A DNA stretch of 32,000 nucleotides from Candidatus Saccharimonadota bacterium (GTDB taxonomy: Bacteria > Patescibacteriota > Gracilibacteria > UBA1369 > 2-02-FULL-48-14). Shown here piece by piece: positions 17,048 through 23,242 of this stretch; the stretch's first letter is position 1, and every line of letters begins with the position of its first letter. Under the pieces are notes generated by a model that was given only the letters and a program-made list of their open reading frames with translations, did not search any database and had not been told where the DNA came from. The stretch lies in NCBI GenBank assembly GCA_041661045.1, contig JBAZVE010000001.1:1200001-1232000 (forward strand), given 5' to 3'. Made by a program: the position numbers and the translations under genes.

Positions 17048-17377
17048 TCAGAGCCACCCCATTACATGAAGGTGCAGGTGGAAGATCACCTGGCCGCCTT
17101 TTTCGCCAACATTGAATTGGAGGCGGTAGCCTGCGCACTTGTATTGTTTGGCGAGCTGTTTGCCCACAAAAATCAAATGCGCCACGAGGTCTCGATCTTC
17201 TTCTTGGAGGTCTTCGATGCTGGGAATGGGCTTGCGGGGAATCACCAAAAAATGGACGGGAGCCTTTGGGTAAAGATCCTTTATGGCGATGCACCGTTCA
17301 TCTTCAAATACAAAATCGGCGGGCAGTTCTTTATCGATGATTTTTTGAAAAAGAGTTTTTTCCATGGCGGGGTTCAA
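17048..17377 (-). CDS. HIT-family (histidine triad) nucleotide hydrolase, HinT-like
   Basis: 109 aa with the histidine-triad motif HLHLHVMG near the C-terminus. It lies 8 nt downstream of the sigma-like gene and is likely co-transcribed with it. Confidence 0.9.
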   Translation of the reverse strand: MNPAMEKTLFQKIIDKELPADFVFEDERCIAIKDLYPKAPVHFLVIPRKPIPSIEDLQEEDRDLVAHLIFVGKQLAKQYKCAGYRLQFNVGEKGGQVIFHLHLHVMGWL

Positions 17378-17385
17378 AAAGAAAA

Positions 17386-18468
17386 CTAGTTCTTTTTAGA
17401 AAGGTCCAAATCGTAGACCGCGCGACCCACACGAATGAACTGTGGATTCTTTTGAAGATTGAGGGAAATGGTTCCCTTCTTCACACGGCGTTGTTTGAGC
17501 ACTCCTTTGATGATGTCTTGTTTGCTGAGAGGGCTTTTCTTTGCAAGCAAAGATTCGATGATGTCCGTTACGGTTCCATCTTCAAATCCCCATTCCTTGA
17601 GCGCATACAGTCCACGACCCACCAATACAAATTGAGGGTAACGGATGAGTTCGTTGTGAACGGCTTGAACCGTTACTTTTTTTGCATCGAAATGCGCATC
17701 CATGATCTTTTTTGCAATGTCCACAAAGTGCAGAGGTTTGTTCTCTCTGCGGAGCACAATCAAAGCCTTGTCTCGGATGCTCTTGGGGTTGATGTGTCTC
17801 CACACCATCAGTCCGTAGCCCAGTTCGGTCTTTTTGATGCGTTCATCCATTTGGAGCAGCGCCGCAAAAAATTCATCTTCAAAGCTGTAGGTTTGCGCGT
17901 GTTTGTGTTTCTTAAGTTCGGTCACAACCGCTTTTTCATCCATGAGCTCTTTCTTTTGATTGAAGACGGTTTGCGCGTGCTCCAAAAGATCCATAATCAC
18001 TTCCGGAGAAATGCTGCTCAAGTGCCAGCTCACTTTGATCATGTTGTTCTTTTCGATGTAAGAAAGTCCGGGACAAATAGTGAGGGAAAGTCGTACGATT
18101 GAACGATCCACTTCCATGGTGTTTTCAATCATGTTCAGAATTTTTCGAGTGAGCTCTTCCTCCAAAAGCAATCCCCCATTTTCTCGTAAAATGGCTTCCG
18201 CCACTTCGTGAATGAAACGAAGTTTACTGCTGTTCACGGTTCGTTTGAGTTTTCCGAGGGCGATTTTTTCGATTTGTCGAACGCGTTCGCGGGTCACATT
18301 AAAGGAACGGCCGATGCTTTCGAGCGTACGGCGATCCTTGTTGTCCAGTGAAAACCTTTGCACCACCACTTCTCGTTCCTTTTCCGTGAGGACCATGAAA
18401 ATATCTTCGATGATCTCTGTCAAATTGAGTTTGAGTACAGGAGTGTTTGCTTTCAGTGAGATGGACAT
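17386..18468 (-). CDS. Sigma-70 region 4 domain protein with a C-terminal HARE-HTH (RNAP delta-like) domain
   Basis: 360 aa. The N-terminal LTEKEREVVVQRFSLDNKDRRTLESIGRSFNVTRERVRQIEKIALGKLK is a classical sigma region 4.2 HTH. No region 2 was seen. The C-terminal LHFVDIAKKI...VHNELIRYPQFVLVGRGLYALKEWG resembles the HARE-HTH fold. Confidence 0.65.
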   Translation of the reverse strand: MSISLKANTPVLKLNLTEIIEDIFMVLTEKEREVVVQRFSLDNKDRRTLESIGRSFNVTRERVRQIEKIALGKLKRTVNSSKLRFIHEVAEAILRENGGLLLEEELTRKILNMIENTMEVDRSIVRLSLTICPGLSYIEKNNMIKVSWHLSSISPEVIMDLLEHAQTVFNQKKELMDEKAVVTELKKHKHAQTYSFEDEFFAALLQMDERIKKTELGYGLMVWRHINPKSIRDKALIVLRRENKPLHFVDIAKKIMDAHFDAKKVTVQAVHNELIRYPQFVLVGRGLYALKEWGFEDGTVTDIIESLLAKKSPLSKQDIIKGVLKQRRVKKGTISLNLQKNPQFIRVGRAVYDLDLSKKN

Positions 18469-18585
18469 AAAAGATTAATCAGTTAAATTCACTAAAATTC
18501 AGGGCTACCCTAAGATATTGATATGGGGCATAAGCGTCAATAGAAAATTTATCATTCATTTCGTCAACTTTTCGTAAGATAGTAC

Positions 18586-18614
18586 AATCTATGCCTATTT
18601 TTCGTTTATGTCAA
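18586..18614 (-). promoter_or_regulatory. Candidate promoter P2 (TTGACA-17-TAGATT) for the sigma-like gene
   Basis: On the minus strand, TTGACA is at 18614..18609 and TAGATT at 18591..18586, with a 17-nt spacer. A weaker second candidate is TTGACG (18540..18535)-17-TATCTT (18517..18512). Both -35 boxes sit inside the repeated octamer CTATTGAC. Confidence 0.45.
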
Positions 18615-18655
18615 TAGCTTGCCAAACCCTTCAAATCCTATACTATTCTCGCGAA

Positions 18656-18739
18656 GCTCGGGTGGCGAAATGGTAGACGCGCTGGTCTTAGGAACCAGTT
18701 CCGAAAGGATTGAGAGTTCAAGTCTCTCCCCGAGCACCA
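18656..18739 (+). tRNA. tRNA-Leu (anticodon UAG), class II with long variable arm, CCA encoded
   Basis: I folded the cloverleaf by hand. The acceptor is GCTCGGG/CCCGAGC. The D stem is GCG/CGC. The anticodon stem CTGGT/ACCAG carries the loop CTTAGGA. The variable arm is TCC-GAAA-GGA. The T arm GAGAG/CTCTC carries the loop TTCAAGT. The discriminator is A, followed by CCA. A -10-like TATACT lies at 18639..18644. Confidence 0.9.
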
Positions 18740-18793
18740 CACTCGTCGTAGACGAGCCTTCCCTGTCTGTCTTCCCCCCTAACTCCACCCACT

Positions 18794-19042
18794 ATGCATT
18801 TTCAAGTCGATAATGAGAAGGACTTTAAAAAGTATATTAAGTATCTTTCACACCCTTGGCCTATTGCTTGGCGGAATTTTTTGGCCGGAACCTTTCATGG
18901 CCTGGGATTTATTTTGGGTACGGCGATTTTCCTGACGATCCTTGGTTTTATCACCAATAAGGTTATGGGGGAACTCCCCTTCTTCTCAGATTTTACGGAA
19001 GCGATTAATGTTTGGCTCGAAACCACTTTGAAAAACTCATGA
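18794..19042 (+). CDS. Small hydrophobic (membrane) protein, 82 aa
   Basis: It has a hydrophobic core, FLAGTFHGLGFILGTAIFLTILGFITNKVM. Its stop codon overlaps the dnaE ATG (ATGA at 19039..19042). Confidence 0.5.
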   Translation: MHFQVDNEKDFKKYIKYLSHPWPIAWRNFLAGTFHGLGFILGTAIFLTILGFITNKVMGELPFFSDFTEAINVWLETTLKNS

Positions 19043-22000
19043 GCTTTGTTCACCTTCACAATCACACTCACTACAGCATTCTTACGGCCCTCGCCAAGCC
19101 CGATCAATATATAAAGATCGCCAAAGAACAAGGAGCACCCGCTGTGGCGATTACGGACAACGGCGTTATGTATGGGGCTATTGAGTTTTATAAGGCGGCG
19201 AAGGCGGCCGGCATCAAGGCTATTTTGGGTGTGGAAATGTACATTGCACCCTTGGGACGCGAGAATAAAACCCCGGAAAACCGTTACAATTCCTTGGTTC
19301 TTTTGGCTCGAAATAATGAGGGCTACCAAAACCTCCTCAAGCTCTCGACCTTTGCGGCTTTGGAAGGCTTTTATTACAAACCGCGTGTTGATGATGAACT
19401 TTTGGAAAAATACGGGGCCGGGCTCATTGCTCTTTCGGGCAGTTTGGGAGGAGGAATTCCCCGAGCGATTTTGGAAAACAATATGGAAGGAGCCAAGGCC
19501 CTTATAGAAAGATACCAGGGTATTTTTGGCAAAGACTATTTTTTCCTGGAGCTGCAGCATCATCCCGAAGTGGCCAACTGGAGCATTGTGAACAGCAAAC
19601 TGCTGACCTTGGCGGAAGAAACCGGGGCTCCCCTTGTGGCCGCCAACGATTGTCATTACGCCTACCCGGAGGACAGCGAAGCTCACGATGTGCTCATTTG
19701 TGTGCAAAATCAAAAAACCGTGCAAGACGAGCACCGGTTTCGCTTCACCGGGAACTACGCCATGCGCTCCCCGGAAGATATGGAAGAGGCCTTTCGGTTT
19801 TGCCCGGAAGCGCTGAGCAACACGGTTAAAATTGCCGATATGTGTGAGGTGAAACTTGAGTTTGGACACTATCAAATTCCGATTTTTGATACCGGAGGGG
19901 TGGATCCTCAAGTCTATTTAAGAGAGCTTTGCGACAAGGGTTTTGAAGAAAGATATGGCAAAACACCCTCCCCCGAAGCCAGGGAACGGCTCGAGTTTGA
20001 ATTGGACACCATCCACAAGATGGGCTTTGACACCTATTTTTTGATCGTTCATGATTTTATTCGTTACGCGAAAGAAAAAAACATTGTGGTGGGGCCGGGG
20101 CGTGGAAGTGCCGCCGGATCCATTATTGCCTACTGTTTAAGGATCACCGAGCTCGACCCCCTCGCCCACGGTTTACTTTTTGAACGATTTTTGAATCCGG
20201 AGCGCATCAGTATGCCGGATATTGATGTGGATTTTGCGGACAATCGCCGAGATGAAGTTTTGCGCTATGTGACGCAAAAATATGGAGAGGATCATGTGGC
20301 GCAAATCATTACTTTTGGAACTTTGGCCCCCAAGGCGGCCATCCGAGACGCGGGACGGGCGCTGGCTTACAGTTATGGAGAAGTGGATGCCATTGCCAAA
20401 AAAGTTCCCCCCGCCATCTTGGGCAAATACGCGCCCTTGCAGGAATCTGTGCAGAGCGACCCTGAACTTTCCAAGCTCTACCAAAGCGATGAACATGCCA
20501 AGGAAGTCTTGGACACCGCCATTAAACTGGAGGGAACGATTCGGCAAGTGGGAACCCACGCATGTGCCGTGATCATTTCCAGGGATCCACTCATGGAACA
20601 CACGCCCATCCAAAAAGCCACCGGAGAAAAGGAGGGCGTGATCACTCAATATTCTATGAAACCGTGCGAGGAACTTGGCTTGCTTAAGATGGACTTCTTG
20701 GGTCTCAGCAACTTGAGTATTATTGAAACGACTCTTGGAATTTTAAAGCGCACGCGGCCCGATTTGGTTTTGGATTTGGCTCGGCTGCCGATCGATGACG
20801 AAAAAACTTATGAACTCTTGAAACGGGGAGAAACCACCGGAGTCTTCCAGTTGGAGTCCGGCGGGATGAAACGATATTTGCGGGACCTCAAACCCACGGA
20901 ATTCGGCGACATCATCGCCATGGTTTCTTTGTACCGTCCTGGGCCCATGCAGTTTATTTCCGTGTACATCGATGGGAAACATGGAAAGAAAAAGGTGACT
21001 TATTTGCATCCTTCGCTGGAAGCGGTGCTCAAGGAAACTTATGGAATCGCCATTTATCAGGAACAAATTTTGGAAATCGCCAAGCGCTTCGCCGGCTTTT
21101 CACTTGGGGAAGCGGACTTGCTCCGCAGAGCTATAGGGAAAAAAGTGGCCAAAGAACTCGTGGCTCAAAGACAGAAATTTATTGAGGGGGCTGTGGCGCA
21201 AGGCAACCAAAAAAAATTGGCAGAAAAGATCTTTGATGAAGTGATCGAGCCTTTTGCCGGATATGGTTTCAACAAGTCCCACGCGGCCTGTTACGCGCTC
21301 ATCGCTTTTCAAACCGCTTACCTCAAGGCGCATTACCCCGCGGAGTTTATGGCCGCTTTGCTCACTTCCGATGCCGACAACACGGATCGAATCGTGGTGG
21401 AAATTCAGGAGTGCCGCAACATGGGCATCGCCGTGCTCCCCCCCAGTGTGAACGAATCCCGATCCCATTTCACCGTGGTGGATGATAAAACCATTCGTTT
21501 TGGACTCACCGCTATTAAAGGGATGGGCGTTGGCCCCGTGCACGAAATCATCAATGCTCGAGAAAAAGAAGGCCCCTTCACCGGTTTGGAAAATTTTGCA
21601 AAACGAGTTCCCGCCAAACTGCTCAACAAAAAAAGTATTCAGTGCTTGGCCTATGCGGGGGCGATGGATGGTATGGGAGAACGGGCCGAATTGGCCGCCA
21701 ATACGGATGAAATCAGCAATTATGCCAAGAATATTCAGGCCTCTCTTTCCGAAGGACAAACCGACATTTTTGGCGTGATTTCCGATTCCGAAACGGCGAA
21801 GCTCAAGCTCACTCCCGTCCCTGCGGCCGACAGCAGTCAACGCTTCCGCTGGGAAAAAGAATACATGGGGCTTTACATCAGCGGACATCCTCTCCAGGGT
21901 CTCAAGCGCTATTTCCAGGGCAAGGGAAAGCTCATCGGCTCTTTGAATGAGAAATCTGTTGGAAAGAAAATAAAAGTCACCGGTCTTGTGGCTCAGCTCA

Positions 22001-22539
22001 GAAAAGTGATGACCAAATCCGGCCGCTACATGGCCATGGGAGAGCTGGAAGATCCCACCGCTCGCGTGCCTTTTGTGCTTTTCCCCCAAGCCTATGATGC
22101 TCATGGTGCCTTGCTGGACGAAGATAAGGTTTATTCCATGGAAGGTCGCCTCGACATGCGAGGTGAAGATTTTCAAGTGATTGTGGACAAGCTCGTTCCG
22201 CTCTCTTTAGAAAACATCCTCAATTCCGCTCACGAAAAAGATCTTTTTGATCCCGAGGAGCATCTGGTGGGCGTTCCCTCCTTGCGCAGTGAAGAAAAAC
22301 CGGAAGAGCTTGAAACTCCGGATGGCGAAGTGGGCCCTTATATCATCAAACTTGAAGAGGGCTGTGACCCCGCCGCTTTGCAAAAACTCAAACCTCTCCT
22401 GGAGGCGCACAAAGGCGAGACCACCGTGGAAATCCACATTCCTTCCGGCACTGTTTTAAAGCGAGTCAAAGTGCCTTTTGGTGTGAACATGGCCGATGCT
22501 GAAGTGCAGGCGGAACTCAAGAAATTGCTGGGACTGTAG
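19039..22539 (+). CDS. dnaE: DNA polymerase III alpha subunit
   Basis: The N-terminal PHP domain (FVHLHNHTHYS) is present, along with polymerase core motifs (GPGRGSAAGS, PDIDVDF, and a finger region with FNKSHA). I moved the start to the ATG at 19039 (MSFVHLH...) from the track start at 19012. Confidence 0.95.
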   Translation: MSFVHLHNHTHYSILTALAKPDQYIKIAKEQGAPAVAITDNGVMYGAIEFYKAAKAAGIKAILGVEMYIAPLGRENKTPENRYNSLVLLARNNEGYQNLLKLSTFAALEGFYYKPRVDDELLEKYGAGLIALSGSLGGGIPRAILENNMEGAKALIERYQGIFGKDYFFLELQHHPEVANWSIVNSKLLTLAEETGAPLVAANDCHYAYPEDSEAHDVLICVQNQKTVQDEHRFRFTGNYAMRSPEDMEEAFRFCPEALSNTVKIADMCEVKLEFGHYQIPIFDTGGVDPQVYLRELCDKGFEERYGKTPSPEARERLEFELDTIHKMGFDTYFLIVHDFIRYAKEKNIVVGPGRGSAAGSIIAYCLRITELDPLAHGLLFERFLNPERISMPDIDVDFADNRRDEVLRYVTQKYGEDHVAQIITFGTLAPKAAIRDAGRALAYSYGEVDAIAKKVPPAILGKYAPLQESVQSDPELSKLYQSDEHAKEVLDTAIKLEGTIRQVGTHACAVIISRDPLMEHTPIQKATGEKEGVITQYSMKPCEELGLLKMDFLGLSNLSIIETTLGILKRTRPDLVLDLARLPIDDEKTYELLKRGETTGVFQLESGGMKRYLRDLKPTEFGDIIAMVSLYRPGPMQFISVYIDGKHGKKKVTYLHPSLEAVLKETYGIAIYQEQILEIAKRFAGFSLGEADLLRRAIGKKVAKELVAQRQKFIEGAVAQGNQKKLAEKIFDEVIEPFAGYGFNKSHAACYALIAFQTAYLKAHYPAEFMAALLTSDADNTDRIVVEIQECRNMGIAVLPPSVNESRSHFTVVDDKTIRFGLTAIKGMGVGPVHEIINAREKEGPFTGLENFAKRVPAKLLNKKSIQCLAYAGAMDGMGERAELAANTDEISNYAKNIQASLSEGQTDIFGVISDSETAKLKLTPVPAADSSQRFRWEKEYMGLYISGHPLQGLKRYFQGKGKLIGSLNEKSVGKKIKVTGLVAQLRKVMTKSGRYMAMGELEDPTARVPFVLFPQAYDAHGALLDEDKVYSMEGRLDMRGEDFQVIVDKLVPLSLENILNSAHEKDLFDPEEHLVGVPSLRSEEKPEELETPDGEVGPYIIKLEEGCDPAALQKLKPLLEAHKGETTVEIHIPSGTVLKRVKVPFGVNMADAEVQAELKKLLGL

Positions 22540-22552
22540 TCCCGCTCAATAT

Positions 22553-22585
22553 GTCAGGAAATTTTCAGGAATTTGTCAGGACTTT
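22553..22585 (+). repeat. Three tandem 11-bp direct repeats (consensus KTCAGGAAWTT) upstream of the MazF-like gene
   Basis: The units are GTCAGGAAATT (22553..22563), TTCAGGAATTT (22564..22574) and GTCAGGACTTT (22575..22585). The exact 11-bp period is about one helical turn. The last unit covers the -35 position relative to the TATAAT at 22602..22607. Confidence 0.6.
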
Positions 22586-22601
22586 TGTACTGAGCGTTCT
22601 T

Positions 22602-22607
22602 TATAAT
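22602..22607 (+). promoter_or_regulatory. -10 box (TATAAT) for the MazF-like gene
   Basis: A perfect TATAAT lies 25 nt upstream of the ATG at 22633. There is no canonical -35; the repeat array occupies that position. Confidence 0.35.
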
Positions 22608-22632
22608 GAGGGTTCTTTAAAAAACTTAATTT

Positions 22633-23025
22633 ATGTACGAAAAGAATTTTGATATGTGGAATGAGAAGAAAAAGAAAGTAGATAAGAAAAGAATCTTGGA
22701 ATCATTTTATTTCCATGAGAGGGAAATATGGTGGTGCACGCTCGGCGTAAATATTGGCGTAGAAATAGATGGAAAGAATACTTATTTTGAACGCCCAGTT
22801 CTTATAATTAAAAAATTCAATGGAATGATGTTTTGGGGCATACCACTTACCTCGAAAGTCAACTCTAATCCTCATCTCCTTTTAATTCATCACAGTGAAG
22901 GTACTTCTTTAGCTAATCTGACTCAACTTCGAGTTTTCAGTTCCAAGCGAATACATCGCAAACTTGGCTTTATAGATAAGAAAAGCTTTTCTGAAGTGCT
23001 ATTCCGGCTGAAGAATTATTTATAA
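22633..23025 (+). CDS. MazF/PemK-family toxin-like protein (endoribonuclease fold), no adjacent antitoxin ORF
   Basis: 130 aa. It has the MazF/PemK core pattern: EREIWWCTLGVNIGVEIDGKNTYFERPVLIIKKF...WGIPLTSK and then LANLTQLRVFSSKRIHRKLGFI. GC is about 37%, against about 55% in the flanking dnaE and aspS. Confidence 0.65.
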   Translation: MYEKNFDMWNEKKKKVDKKRILESFYFHEREIWWCTLGVNIGVEIDGKNTYFERPVLIIKKFNGMMFWGIPLTSKVNSNPHLLLIHHSEGTSLANLTQLRVFSSKRIHRKLGFIDKKSFSEVLFRLKNYL

Positions 23026-23056
23026 AAAAAACGAGCTCCCTCTTACGAAGGAGCTC
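23024..23056 (-). terminator. Intrinsic terminator oriented for the MINUS strand, abutting the MazF-like stop codon
   Basis: The minus strand reads GAGCTCC-ttcgtaagag-GGAGCTC-G-TTTTTTTT. The stems are at 23050..23056 and 23033..23039, and the T8 run is at 23031..24. On the plus strand the hairpin is preceded by A8 and has no following U-tract. Confidence 0.55.
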
Positions 23057-23114
23057 TCGGAGGCCGAAGCCACTAATGCTTAGATTTTAAGTTAAGTGAT
23101 CAGAACAATCAAGC

Positions 23115-23141
23115 AAAAATTCCCCGCTATTCCTAGCGGGG
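23115..23141 (-). terminator. Second intrinsic terminator oriented for the MINUS strand
   Basis: The minus strand reads CCCCGCTA-GGAA-TAGCGGGG-AATTTTT. This is an 8-bp GC-rich stem with a GNRA-type tetraloop, followed by a U-tract. Confidence 0.5.
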
Positions 23142-23162
23142 CCGCGGGAAAGTCCCGAAAAC
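23115..23162 (-). ncRNA. Candidate ~50-nt small RNA (promoter 23169..23197 to terminator 23115..23141); a readthrough form of ~140 nt could end at 23024
   Basis: This is defined only by a sigma70-like promoter and two correctly oriented terminators on the minus strand. There is no homology evidence. Confidence 0.2.
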
Positions 23163-23168
23163 ATTCTC

Positions 23169-23197
23169 ATTTTACCCAAACTCCTTTTTGACTTCAA
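23169..23197 (-). promoter_or_regulatory. Candidate minus-strand promoter (TTGAAG-17-TAAAAT), back-to-back with the aspS promoter
   Basis: On the minus strand, TTGAAG is at 23197..23192 and TAAAAT at 23174..23169, with a 17-nt spacer. Confidence 0.35.
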
Positions 23198-23216
23198 CGC
23201 AATTGCCTCTTAGAAT
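23188..23216 (+). promoter_or_regulatory. Candidate sigma70-type promoter for aspS (TTGACT-17-TAGAAT)
   Basis: TTGACT is at 23188..23193, followed by a 17-nt spacer and TAGAAT at 23211..23216. The ATG at 23243 implies a leader of about 20 nt with no SD. Confidence 0.55.
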
Positions 23217-23242
23217 ACCCTCACCTAATTTGACCTCACCCT

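Noticed and set aside
18558-18605. TTTCGT repeated three times (18559, 18570 and 18600) in the sigma-tRNA spacer.
   Set aside because: This is a short hexamer in an AT-rich spacer with irregular spacing (11 and 30 bp). It is easily explained by chance.
18895-19911. Long antisense ORFs opposite well-supported genes. Examples are 18895..19911 (-) and 21100..22176 (-) in dnaE, 23696..24733 (-) in aspS, 15117..16115 (+) and 14148..14942 (+) in valS, 11003..11989 (+) in purC, and 9475..10266 (+) in purB.
   Set aside because: These are shadow frames of strongly conserved genes. Their translations are low-complexity (rich in H, G, F, V and R) with no motifs. They would require complete overlap with essential genes.
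23087-23170. A 27-aa minus-strand ORF (MRMFSGLSRGPARNSGEFLLDCSDHLT) with an AAGGAG-like element 10 nt upstream, considered as a possible mini-antitoxin.
   Set aside because: It reads straight through the 23115..23141 terminator hairpin. Its ATG overlaps the predicted -10 box. Other genes here do not use SD sequences, and the peptide has no antitoxin-like features. It is kept only as an alternative to the sRNA interpretation.
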